This document shows positions 45,901 to 55,079 of a stretch of DNA of 64,000 nucleotides, in pieces. The DNA comes from Candidatus Rifleibacteriota bacterium. GTDB taxonomy: Bacteria; Muiribacteriota; Ozemobacteria; Ozemobacterales; Ozemobacteraceae. Position 1 is the first letter of the stretch; every line of letters begins with the position of its first letter. Location of the stretch: positions 15,689 through 79,688 of the forward strand of contig JADFZL010000017.1 of assembly GCA_015232575.1 (NCBI GenBank). The letters run 5' to 3'. The notes under the pieces were generated by a model. The model was not told the DNA's origin and did no database searches. It was given only the letters and a program-made list of their open reading frames with translations. The position numbers and the translations under genes are program-made.

Positions 45901-47022
45901 ATGAAATCTACTAAGATAGCGATTTTCAGCGTTTCTGCAGGTGCCGGGCATGTTCGGGCGGCGCAGGCGATTGAGAAGGCGGCAAAATTACTTGGCACTG
46001 ATATAACAGCTGTTCACCTCGACCTCATGGAAATAGTGCCAGATCTCTTCAAAAAGCTTTATGCAGACTCATATCTGAAAATTGTTGAACATCACCCTGA
46101 TTTGTGGGGCTATTTATATCGCAAGGCAGACAGAGAAAAACCTGATTCACTGATAAATAAAATAAGAAAAGCTTTTCAACGCCTGAATACCAGCCAGCTT
46201 GACGAAACAATTGCCTCTCTCGCACCTGACGTTGTTATCTGCACACATTTCCTGCCGGCTGAACTTCTTTCAAGAATGATTGAAAAAGGTGAGTTCGACA
46301 AGAAAGTATGGGTCCAGGTCACCGACTACGATGTTCACGCAATGTGGATTCATCCGAATATGTCGGGCTATTTCACTGGAAATGCAGAAGTTGCTTTCCG
46401 GCTGATCGACCGTGGAATTCCGGCTGAGAGAGTTCATGTAACTGGAATTCCTATTGATCCGGTGTTCTCTGAAAAATTATCACGTGCCGATTGTGCAAGT
46501 GAATCTGGAATTTCTCCAGATAAGTTTACAATTCTGATGATGGCTGGTGGAGCCGGCTTAGGAGCACTGGAAGAACTTGTTGAACGCATGGTAAGTATTC
46601 CCGGTGATTTTCAGGTGATTGCTCTTGCCGGAAAAAATCTTGAAATGCTTGAAAAACTGACTGCACTGAAGTCGAAATATCCGGAAAAACTATATCCAGT
46701 GGGTTTCACAAAAACAATCGAAAAGTTGATGGCTGCATCTGATCTTGCCATAACGAAACCCGGCGGACTGACAACCTCAGAGTGCCTGGCCACTGGTCTT
46801 CCAATGATACTTGTATCGCCAATTCCCGGCCAGGAAGAACGAAATGCTGACTATCTGCTTGAAGGTGGCGCTGCTTTAAAAGCCTGTGACGCACCAGCTC
46901 TTGAATATCGCCTCAGGTTTCTGTTAAACAACAGACAGAAACTTGCTGAAATGCGTGAAAAAGCTATTTCCATCGCCCATCCGAAGGCTGCTGAATCTGT
47001 TTTGAAGAATGTTTTAGGATAA
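45901..47022 (+). CDS. MGDG-synthase/UgtP-like diacylglycerol glycosyltransferase (GT28)
   Basis: 373 aa. IAIFSVSAGAGHVRAAQAIEKA N-terminal motif. C-terminal GT-B half (KPGGLTTSECLATGLPMILVSPIPGQEERNA). Confidence 0.8.
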   Translation: MKSTKIAIFSVSAGAGHVRAAQAIEKAAKLLGTDITAVHLDLMEIVPDLFKKLYADSYLKIVEHHPDLWGYLYRKADREKPDSLINKIRKAFQRLNTSQLDETIASLAPDVVICTHFLPAELLSRMIEKGEFDKKVWVQVTDYDVHAMWIHPNMSGYFTGNAEVAFRLIDRGIPAERVHVTGIPIDPVFSEKLSRADCASESGISPDKFTILMMAGGAGLGALEELVERMVSIPGDFQVIALAGKNLEMLEKLTALKSKYPEKLYPVGFTKTIEKLMAASDLAITKPGGLTTSECLATGLPMILVSPIPGQEERNADYLLEGGAALKACDAPALEYRLRFLLNNRQKLAEMREKAISIAHPKAAESVLKNVLG

Positions 47023-47026
47023 CCGC

Positions 47027-47530
47027 ATGGAAAATAAGGAATCACCGTTGTTTCATTGCCTGTCTCTTATTATCTGGGTTTCAATTATGGCATTCTTTTT
47101 TGCGGAAGTTGAAATTCAGATTGAAGGTGGTTCCGGATGGGCGGCCAGTCTTCCAACCTGGCGCATAGAGAAACACTGGCTGCTTGATATCTTCTGGGGT
47201 GGCCGGCCAATGACCGGATACCACGCATGGGTCTTTTCATTCATGTTTTTGAGTTTCCATCTCGGAGTTTTTCTGAACAACCGCTGGACATGGCGTTTTG
47301 AGTGTATGACAATTGCGTCTCTCATGTATTTCTGGATAATTGAGGACTTCCTTTGGTTTGTTTTTAATCCGCATTTTGGAATGCAAAAATTTAATCCGGC
47401 AAATATTCCATGGCACAAAAGCTGGCTTTTCGGTGTTCCAACTGACTATGTTACCTTCTTACTGATGGGCAGCGCTCTTCTGTTTGCCTCATTCTATAAA
47501 AAATCTTCCCAACCACCAAATAACACTTGA
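47027..47530 (+). CDS. Integral membrane protein, unknown function
   Basis: 167 aa, W-rich, 4 hydrophobic segments. Starts 4 nt after the glycosyltransferase stop, so probably co-transcribed. Confidence 0.5.
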   Translation: MENKESPLFHCLSLIIWVSIMAFFFAEVEIQIEGGSGWAASLPTWRIEKHWLLDIFWGGRPMTGYHAWVFSFMFLSFHLGVFLNNRWTWRFECMTIASLMYFWIIEDFLWFVFNPHFGMQKFNPANIPWHKSWLFGVPTDYVTFLLMGSALLFASFYKKSSQPPNNT

Positions 47531-47582
47531 ATATTATGCAGATTATGATAGAATCAGAAAGAAAAAAATCTGGAGGCAGTCT

Positions 47583-48251
47583 ATGCTGATCAAGCGACAA
47601 ATGGATGACGACCTTAAAGACCTGTCAAACCTTCTTGATGATATGGAAAAAGGTTGCCTTTCCATGCTTGAAAAATGGCTTGATGCAGTTCTTGAGGGAA
47701 AAGAAAATCTGATTTCCGAGATTTTTGATATGGAAGTCGAAGTGAACCGCTGCCAGATGAAAGTAGATGATCTTGTCTGGAAAATCATGGCTCTATACCA
47801 GCCTGCCGCCTCTGAACTGCGTATTCTCATAGGTGCAATCAAGATTGCAGAAGACCTGGAACGTGTTGGAGACGAAGTCTGCGCCATGTGCCGCCGGACA
47901 GTTGAACTGGCGAACATTGCACAGCTTGAATTTCCGGGAGTTTTCATTGAAATGAGAACAATGGTTAAAACATTGTTTAAAGACAGCATTTTCGCGGTAA
48001 AGAAACTTGACCCGGAGATGGCAGAATCAATTTTTATTGCAGACAATGCAATTGACGATGCTTTCCAGACACTTTTTGAATGGGCCAGAAACTCGCTTGA
48101 AAATAAAATCGGAAATACCGACAACATTCTGGCAGTGCTCTCCATGGGCAGATCTCTCGAGCGAATCGCTGACCATGCGACTAATCTCGCAGAAATAACC
48201 ATATTCATGAAGAAAGGTCAGGACGTAAGACACCATTGTCTGAAATTCTGA
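47583..48251 (+). CDS. phoU: Phosphate signalling regulator PhoU
   Basis: Two PhoU repeats (AEDLERVGDEV; GRSLERIADHATNLAE). I use the ATG at 47583 (GGAGG upstream) rather than 47484. Confidence 0.85.
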   Translation: MLIKRQMDDDLKDLSNLLDDMEKGCLSMLEKWLDAVLEGKENLISEIFDMEVEVNRCQMKVDDLVWKIMALYQPAASELRILIGAIKIAEDLERVGDEVCAMCRRTVELANIAQLEFPGVFIEMRTMVKTLFKDSIFAVKKLDPEMAESIFIADNAIDDAFQTLFEWARNSLENKIGNTDNILAVLSMGRSLERIADHATNLAEITIFMKKGQDVRHHCLKF

Positions 48252-48455
48252 CATTATCATAATAGGGTGGAACCGTCTTTAATGTGGAAATACTTGATTC
48301 GTTGTCAGAAAGAAAATATATAAACATGCGCTGCATCGAAGTATAAGACAGCAAAAAACTATCTTTGCGAGAGTGCACCATGTTCCCTGTTGGTTTTTGT
48401 TTTATGTCCATCGTAAGTTCATTTTGAATCAGAATTCAGGAGAAAGCGGAATATT

Positions 48456-49841
48456 ATGGCAAAAGTTGATCTCGACAAAATTATTTCTTTATGTAAGCGC
48501 AGAGGTTTTCTTTTTCAGGGAAGCGACCAGTATGGCGGACTTCAGGGCACCTGGGACTATGGTCCCATGGGCGTGGAATTGAAAAACAATGTGAAAAAAG
48601 CCTGGTGGCGCAGAATGGTATACGAGCGCGATGACATGGAAGGTCTCGATTGTTCTATTCTTATGAACAGACTGGTCTTGAAATATTCCGGGCATGAAGA
48701 TACTTTTTCTGACCCGCTTGTCGATTGCAGAAAATGTAAGAGGCGCTTCAGAGCTGATCACGTTGACAGAGAAGAAAAATGCGCCGAAGGCGGTCTGCAC
48801 GATCTCACCGAACCACGTCCATTCAATCTGATGTTCAAAACGACCGTTGGACCAGTTGCAGACGATAATAATATCGCATACCTCCGCCCCGAAACTGCAC
48901 AGGGAATTTTTGTCAACTTCAAAAACGTTCTTGATTCAACTAATCGAAAACTTCCATTTGGAATTGCCCAGATTGGAAAAGCTTACAGAAACGAAATCAC
49001 TCCGAAGAATTTCATCTTCAGAGTGAGAGAATTCGAACAGATGGAAATCGAATTCTTCGTTAAACCCGGTTCAGACGACGAATGGCATGAAAAGTGGGTC
49101 AACGATCGTTTTAACTGGTATACTTCTCTTGGAATAAAGAAAGAAAATCTTAAACTTCTTGCCCAGAAAAAAGAAGAGCTCGCACATTATGCAAAAGCGA
49201 CTACAGATATTCTTTACCGCTTTTTCCCTGACAGAGCAGATGAATCAAAACAGTTTGACGAAGTTGAAGGCGTAGCCAACCGCACAGACTTCGATCTCAC
49301 CTGCCACAGCAAAGGCGGAAAGCTCGTTTTAAAAGACGGACGTGAAATTCCGAATGAACACGCCGTCAACCGTCTGAATTATTTCGACCATGTCGACAAC
49401 AAACATATTGTTCCTTATGTTATTGAACCTTCTGCAGGCGTAGACAGAGCGACTCTGGCATTTTTAATGGATGCGTATGATGAAGAACAGGTTAAAGATG
49501 AAGTACGTATTGTACTCAGACTGAAACCTGAACTTGCCCCCATTAAGGTCGCCGTACTTCCCCTGAAAAAAAATCATGACGGAATAGTTGGCACAGCAAA
49601 GGAAATTCGGACAAAGCTTCAGAAATCCTGCGGCTGGCGTTCTGTTTACGATGATACAGCAGGTATAGGAAAATTATACCGCCGTCAGGATGAAATTGGA
49701 ACACCTTTCTGTATTACTGTCGACTTTACTACTCTTGAAGATAAAACTGTAACAGTTCGCGATAGAGACACGATGGCACAGGACAGAGTTGCTATTGATG
49801 AATTGCCGTCATATCTTTCCAAGCGCATGGGGAATGAATAA
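48456..49841 (+). CDS. glyQS: Glycine--tRNA ligase (dimeric class II type)
   Basis: 461 aa. [76 protein letters not shown]. Confidence 0.95.
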   Translation: MAKVDLDKIISLCKRRGFLFQGSDQYGGLQGTWDYGPMGVELKNNVKKAWWRRMVYERDDMEGLDCSILMNRLVLKYSGHEDTFSDPLVDCRKCKRRFRADHVDREEKCAEGGLHDLTEPRPFNLMFKTTVGPVADDNNIAYLRPETAQGIFVNFKNVLDSTNRKLPFGIAQIGKAYRNEITPKNFIFRVREFEQMEIEFFVKPGSDDEWHEKWVNDRFNWYTSLGIKKENLKLLAQKKEELAHYAKATTDILYRFFPDRADESKQFDEVEGVANRTDFDLTCHSKGGKLVLKDGREIPNEHAVNRLNYFDHVDNKHIVPYVIEPSAGVDRATLAFLMDAYDEEQVKDEVRIVLRLKPELAPIKVAVLPLKKNHDGIVGTAKEIRTKLQKSCGWRSVYDDTAGIGKLYRRQDEIGTPFCITVDFTTLEDKTVTVRDRDTMAQDRVAIDELPSYLSKRMGNE

Positions 49842-49984
49842 TTTCTGAATCAGAAAACCACATATAGTACGGCAGCGCATTACACTGAATATATATAAGG
49901 TACTCATGTTTGTTTAATGATTATACAATTTTGCAGGATCATACTGATTAGTGAGCAGTAAATAATAATACGGAGGAATAATGA

Positions 49985-51085
49985 ATGTCTGAAGCTAGAA
50001 AACGTATCCTTTCGATGTTGGCTGAAAGCAGAATTTCAGTTGAACAGGCCGAGGAATTGCTCTCAGCAATGGAAACTGATGATAAATCGAGAATAAAAAC
50101 TCCAGAAAAAAGCTTTTCAAATGGCTTTACAAGCATGGTTGATGAAATTCAGAAACAGGTCGGAAAAGCAGTCAAAAGTATTCAGCCACAGAGCAAAGAG
50201 TTAAAAAACAAATTAAAAGGTCTCGGAGACTGGATCAGCGATGCAGTAGGCAAAGTTGTTACTGATATAAAGCTTTCCCAGAATGAGCCGATTGATGGAA
50301 CTTCAATTGAATGTATGGTGCCAGCTCCTGAAAATTATTCAAAGTGCGAAAAAGTTGAAATCTGCAATGTATGGGGAAGCATTATTGTCCATGACACAGA
50401 TGATTTCAGCCTTAAAGTCAAAGGGAAGATCAGTAAAAGCGCTTTGGGCGAAGATTCACACGTTGAGTGGCTCAAGAAAAACATTGTGTCCGTTAAAGAT
50501 AATACCCTTGTTATCGGATTCGATAAATCGTCCGTCGAAAAAGCTGCTCTTGAGATAGAAGTATTTATGCCTGCTTCAATGCCTCTGACAATAAAATCTC
50601 TCTCTGCTAATGTTGATATTAACGGACCATTCAAAATTTCGGCACTTGAATCAACAAGTGGAAGTGTCAAAATGAAACACGCAATTCTTTCTGGAACAGC
50701 CATCGAAACAGTAAGTTCAGATGTTGAAGTTATCGGCGGTACAATTGCACTGACAGCAAAAACAACTTCCGGAGATTTCCGGCTGAAAGATTGTACTGTT
50801 GAACGTTTTCAAATTCAGAGTGTATCAGGGGATATTGAGATCGTTAATCCGAAATTCTCAGATGACGCAGCCATGGAAATGAACAGTACTTCAGGTGATA
50901 TTTCTATAACAAGGCCTCAGGGTGGCGTAAAGCGCCTCGAAGCGCGCACAAGAAGCGGATCACTTCAAATTCGATGGCCCGGCAGAAATCAGCCGCTTGA
51001 ACGAAATGGCACTCTTCTTGAAAATACTGACCCGGGAGCTTCAATCAAAGCTGAAAGCATCAGCGGAGATCTGATATTCGACTGA
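49985..51085 (+). CDS. DUF4097-like beta-strand-repeat protein with an N-terminal SHOCT-like helix
   Basis: 366 aa. ILSMLAESRISVEQAEELLSAME N-terminus. The C-terminal half has repeated SGDI/SGSV strand motifs (TSGSVKM, TSGDFRL, VSGDIEI, TSGDISI, RSGSLQI, ISGDLIF). Confidence 0.6.
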   Translation: MSEARKRILSMLAESRISVEQAEELLSAMETDDKSRIKTPEKSFSNGFTSMVDEIQKQVGKAVKSIQPQSKELKNKLKGLGDWISDAVGKVVTDIKLSQNEPIDGTSIECMVPAPENYSKCEKVEICNVWGSIIVHDTDDFSLKVKGKISKSALGEDSHVEWLKKNIVSVKDNTLVIGFDKSSVEKAALEIEVFMPASMPLTIKSLSANVDINGPFKISALESTSGSVKMKHAILSGTAIETVSSDVEVIGGTIALTAKTTSGDFRLKDCTVERFQIQSVSGDIEIVNPKFSDDAAMEMNSTSGDISITRPQGGVKRLEARTRSGSLQIRWPGRNQPLERNGTLLENTDPGASIKAESISGDLIFD

Positions 51086-51100
51086 GATAATAAATAAACT

Positions 51101-51373
51101 ATGTCTTTAAAGCCTTTAAAAAAAGTAAATGTTTACAGCGTAACCTGGTGTCCGCACTGTGTCAGAGCAAAGAATTACCTTGACCAGCTGGGCATCAGGT
51201 ATGTTGATTATGACGTTGATCGCGATGAAGAAGCCTGGAAGAAAGCTCTTGCACTTACCGGCGGCATGGATATTGTTCCCGTTATAGAATGTGAGGGAGA
51301 TGTCATTTATGGCGCATTTAATCAATCCTTCGAATCACGTCTGCGCGAAATACTGGGAATCATGCAACGCTGA
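51101..51373 (+). CDS. Glutaredoxin/NrdH-like small redox protein
   Basis: 90 aa. VYSVTWCPHCVRAKNYL (CPHC active site). VPVIECEG. Confidence 0.75.
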   Translation: MSLKPLKKVNVYSVTWCPHCVRAKNYLDQLGIRYVDYDVDRDEEAWKKALALTGGMDIVPVIECEGDVIYGAFNQSFESRLREILGIMQR

Positions 51374-51378
51374 ATACA

Positions 51379-52587
51379 GTGAATAAGAACAATATTGTTT
51401 TCCGAGTTCAGAATTACAACAAAGTCAGCTTTGGAGCCTTGCTGGGTGCCTGCTCTGAAGAACTGTTGTCTCACCTCAAAATTATAATCTGGGAAGGAAC
51501 AGGACCAATTCCTCCCGAGGCTCTGAATGGAAGAACCCTTCTCGTTTATTCATTCATGATGGCCCATGTTAAAAGCGTCGAATCAGAAATACTTCAGCTG
51601 AAAAGTCAATTTTCGGAATCAGCAGTAGAAGCATTCTTTATTTCCGGTGGAGCCCATGTCACTGCAACTCCGGAAAGTATTACAGCAATGGGATTCGACC
51701 TCGCCGTATGCGGAGAAAGTGAAGAGTTTTTCCCTGAATTCCTGGCAAAATGGCTTGAAAAATGCCCTCCCAGAGGAATCGTCAAAATAGAACCCGGAAA
51801 AGTAGACCTTAACCTTTATCCGGGATTCCACAGATTAACAAATTACCTGCCACCTGTTGAAATCAGCCGTGGATGCAAGTGGGGATGCTCATATTGTGCG
51901 GTCCCACGCCTGTATCATGGTACTCTTCGCTATCGCAGCGTTGAAAGCATTCTATCAATAGCCAGGCAATATTTTCAAATTCAGCCAAGCAGAAGAAGAA
52001 TAAAATTTCTTTCTTCCAACAGCTTTGGTTACGGTTCTGAAGACGGAAGAAAGCCCAATATTTCAGCTCTGAAAGAGTTAATGCTTGGCCTCAGATCAGA
52101 GGGCGTAACAGAAATAAGTTTTGGCTCTTTTCCATCTGAAGTTCGACCTGATTTCGTCACAGAAGAAGTAATGGAAACAATCAGACCATTCCTTACCAAT
52201 GACACAATCGTTATGGGAATCCAGACAGGAAACGATAAGCGACTTGCGGCCATGGGCAGGGGACATGACCGGGAAACCGCCGTCAGAGCAGTAGAAATGT
52301 TGAAAAAATACCGCTTCAGAGCACATGTTGATTTCATTATCGGTCTGCCTCATGAAAAACAAGACGAGCAAGATGACCTATTGACTTTTATGGAAGAATT
52401 GGTGCATAAATATAATGTAAAAGTTCACATGCATACTTTTATGCCTCTCCCGGCTACACCATGGGAAAACCAGTTGTCATCAGTTATATCTGCAAATGCA
52501 AGAAGAAGACTTAAAGCTCTTGCAGCTTCAAATAACCTCGACGGCTGGTGGGAGAATCAGATTCATTACGGCAGGAAAAAAACTTGA
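51379..52587 (+). CDS. Radical SAM protein with an N-terminal B12-binding-like domain
   Basis: 402 aa, GTG start. CxxxCxxC cluster in SRGCKWGCSYCAV. Confidence 0.8.
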   Translation: MNKNNIVFRVQNYNKVSFGALLGACSEELLSHLKIIIWEGTGPIPPEALNGRTLLVYSFMMAHVKSVESEILQLKSQFSESAVEAFFISGGAHVTATPESITAMGFDLAVCGESEEFFPEFLAKWLEKCPPRGIVKIEPGKVDLNLYPGFHRLTNYLPPVEISRGCKWGCSYCAVPRLYHGTLRYRSVESILSIARQYFQIQPSRRRIKFLSSNSFGYGSEDGRKPNISALKELMLGLRSEGVTEISFGSFPSEVRPDFVTEEVMETIRPFLTNDTIVMGIQTGNDKRLAAMGRGHDRETAVRAVEMLKKYRFRAHVDFIIGLPHEKQDEQDDLLTFMEELVHKYNVKVHMHTFMPLPATPWENQLSSVISANARRRLKALAASNNLDGWWENQIHYGRKKT

Positions 52588-53783
52588 CAAACAGCGATAA
52601 AGACAACAATACTCCAGATATCAGTGCCACAAAACACGGCTCGAATTTGGAAGTCAAAGAAAAAGAATCCTTTTTTCCCCGCAATACAGGCTGGGATGGC
52701 ATTGAACGAAGGGGTACATGGCTTGAAAGAAATTTGTTTTTCATCAAGCGATCAATCGTATGGCTTGTATTTCTAAGTATCCTGTACTATTTCAAAAGTT
52801 TTCTGTCTCTGCTTTTTATTACTTTCATAACAGCTTTCACCATGAATTCATTGATTGAAAAACTTTGTGAAAAACTTAAATTCAAAAGAAAACCACTAGT
52901 ACTCGCCGCATATATTCTTCTCGCCTTGGCCGTAAGCAGCATGGGAATGATTGTTGTCCCTCAGGTCATTCGGGAGGGAAAATATATATCCAAAGAACTT
53001 CCTAAGGCAAAAGACCAGCTCATATCCGGAATCAGCAACTTTACCGAACAGCTCAGCTCATTTACTGAAGGCCTTGGATACATAAGCCTGAAAGAAGGAC
53101 TGAGTATTGATGAATCCGTAAAAGACGGCTTCAGCATGCTTTTTACAACATTTTCCGGTTTTTTTCAAAGTCTTTTTAAAATCTCCTTCAACTTCGTCCT
53201 TTCGATGATTTTCAGTTTCCTCATACTCTGGGATCTCAAACGCCTGCTCCAGGAAATTGAAAGCCTCAAGGACACGAGACTGGAATTTGCGTACAGAACA
53301 CTTGAAGCGCCACTGCACATCTTTGCAGAAATTCTTGGAAAGGCTTTTGAAGCTCAAATAATAATTGCAATTGTAAATACAGTTTTCACCCTCATCGGGC
53401 TTACATTTCTTGGAATACCAAGCAAACTTTTCCTGAGCGTTTTTGTCTTTGTCTGTTCTTTTATTCCAGTACTCGGAGTTTTCATTTCAAGCATACCAAT
53501 ATGCCTGATTGCCTATCAGGTAAATGGTCTAATACTGGCTTTTTACAGCATAGTTTTGATAACCATTATCCACTTTATTGAAGCCTATCTCCTTAATCCA
53601 AGAATCGTTGGAGCTCATCTTTCACTTCATCCTTTCGTTGCAGTTACTGTTCTTGTATTAAGCGAACATCTTTTCGGAGTCTGGGGTCTTCTGATGGGCG
53701 TTCCATCAACTGTTTTTGTATACAAAACTTTCATTGTCAAAATAAACAACTTACCTGTTTCTGTTTCCGTTTCTGACTCCTGA
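52548..53783 (+). CDS. AI-2E (PerM/UPF0118) family transporter
   Basis: Multi-TM. HFIEAYLLNPRIVGAHLSLHPFVAVTVLVLSEHLFGVWGLLMGVP is the family signature. Start uncertain: GTG at 52548, or TTG at 52584 overlapping the upstream stop. Confidence 0.75.
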   Translation: MGESDSLRQEKNLTNSDKDNNTPDISATKHGSNLEVKEKESFFPRNTGWDGIERRGTWLERNLFFIKRSIVWLVFLSILYYFKSFLSLLFITFITAFTMNSLIEKLCEKLKFKRKPLVLAAYILLALAVSSMGMIVVPQVIREGKYISKELPKAKDQLISGISNFTEQLSSFTEGLGYISLKEGLSIDESVKDGFSMLFTTFSGFFQSLFKISFNFVLSMIFSFLILWDLKRLLQEIESLKDTRLEFAYRTLEAPLHIFAEILGKAFEAQIIIAIVNTVFTLIGLTFLGIPSKLFLSVFVFVCSFIPVLGVFISSIPICLIAYQVNGLILAFYSIVLITIIHFIEAYLLNPRIVGAHLSLHPFVAVTVLVLSEHLFGVWGLLMGVPSTVFVYKTFIVKINNLPVSVSVSDS

Positions 53784-53986
53784 ATTTTTTCTTCCGAAAC
53801 AAATCTCGTTCAATAAACTTCCAGCAGAAGTTTAACCTGATTTATTGAGAAGATAGAATAAATTCTCACGCAAAAAAACTGCTGCATAAATCATGAAACA
53901 AACAACGCCAAAACTGATAGCCCGCCAATTCAGCAACTTGTTTCTTGAACGAATACCCTAATTAGGATTTAATAACCTCAATAAAT

Positions 53987-54817
53987 GTGACTTTATGGAG
54001 GCAGAACGTGCTTAAGAGGATTTCTTTTTTTCTGGTAGTTTTATTCTGTTTCGTTTGTTTTTCTGCAGGCGCAGAAGTAATTGAGCAAACTTTTGAACAT
54101 AAGCTTAATGTCGGAACATCTGCCCAGAGCTGGGAACATAGAATTGATCTTCCTGAAAACCTTCAGGCAAAGAATCAGCTGTTCATCAAGCGCTCACTTG
54201 AACTGACCGATAAGCTCGTAATTGAACGCGAAGAACTTACAGGTTCTTATTACTATATCAAAGTTCGTCTCCCGAAAGCATGGCTTTTTTATGCAAAGGG
54301 AAGCGTTAAAGTAACTCTCACAACCGGAACAACGCCATCGACATCTGTCCCGTCTTCTCCGACTGGACTCAAAGTCTCTGGCAAAGCTCTTACTCCTGAT
54401 TTTTCCTGGACAGGTGGATCGGTATTCAGCGCCATCAGTCTTATGGAAAGAGAGTCCGGAAAAACTGTGTGGGAAAGAGTTCTCATTGGAAAAACCTCAC
54501 AAGATCTTGACGAAGGCAGCTTAAAGGGCAATATGCGCTATATGTGGGCTGTCAAACAATCGGGCGAAAATGCAAAATATTCATCTGAAGCAAATGCAGC
54601 TTTCAGAATTGATATAAGAGAAGATTCCTGCAGATATTGCCGCGGAACTGGCTATGTAACTTGCACTAGATGCAATGGTTCAGGGGGAATTATTGTAAGC
54701 GGACCGAATGGTCCAGTTTATCAAACATGCAACCAGTGCATGGGTACAGGACGTGAGAGATGCACCTTCTGTAACGGCACAGGCGTTATTCATACCCCAA
54801 TCATTGTTACTGAATAA
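53987..54817 (+). CDS. Exported protein with a C-terminal DnaJ-type CxxCxGxG zinc-finger module
   Basis: 276 aa. Signal-like FFLVVLFCFVCFSAGA. The C-terminus holds four CxxCxGxG units (CRYCRGTG, CTRCNGSG, CNQCMGTG, CTFCNGTG). No J domain. Confidence 0.55.
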   Translation: MTLWRQNVLKRISFFLVVLFCFVCFSAGAEVIEQTFEHKLNVGTSAQSWEHRIDLPENLQAKNQLFIKRSLELTDKLVIEREELTGSYYYIKVRLPKAWLFYAKGSVKVTLTTGTTPSTSVPSSPTGLKVSGKALTPDFSWTGGSVFSAISLMERESGKTVWERVLIGKTSQDLDEGSLKGNMRYMWAVKQSGENAKYSSEANAAFRIDIREDSCRYCRGTGYVTCTRCNGSGGIIVSGPNGPVYQTCNQCMGTGRERCTFCNGTGVIHTPIIVTE

Positions 54818-54844
54818 GCGATTTTAAGTCCCCAATTATTTTTG

Positions 54845-54874
54845 GAGAAGCACAACATGCTTCTCTTTTTTTTT
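54845..54874 (+). terminator. Rho-independent terminator
   Basis: GAGAAGCA (54845-54852) and TGCTTCTC (58-65) form a stem with a 5-nt loop, followed by a T9 run. Confidence 0.75.
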
Positions 54875-55079
54875 CCCCGAAATCATCGCTCAATTTAATT
54901 AATTCGGGCTTGATAAATCAAGCCCCTGCAAGAAAATATTACATAAAAGGCAAGGTTGCGGCGATAAATAAATTCATAGACATTCAAAATGAAAAATGAT
55001 AAATTATTTCCATTGCATAACTTTTAACCAATCTCCGGAGGAGCATTTGAAGGTTTCATAAAAATTCAGGGAGGAACCA

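Noticed and set aside
47543-48208. 221-aa minus-strand ORF antisense to phoU, and similar long antisense ORFs at 17100-17627 and 19531-20091
   Set aside because: The opposite strands carry confidently recognised genes (PhoU repeats; FAD and Mo subunits). The antisense products are S/R/C-rich with no motifs, so they are typical shadow ORFs.
48252-48455. Possible T-box or other leader upstream of glyQS
   Set aside because: I could not identify a specifier loop, a T-box consensus or a terminator/antiterminator pair in the 204-nt region. Nothing there supports a call.
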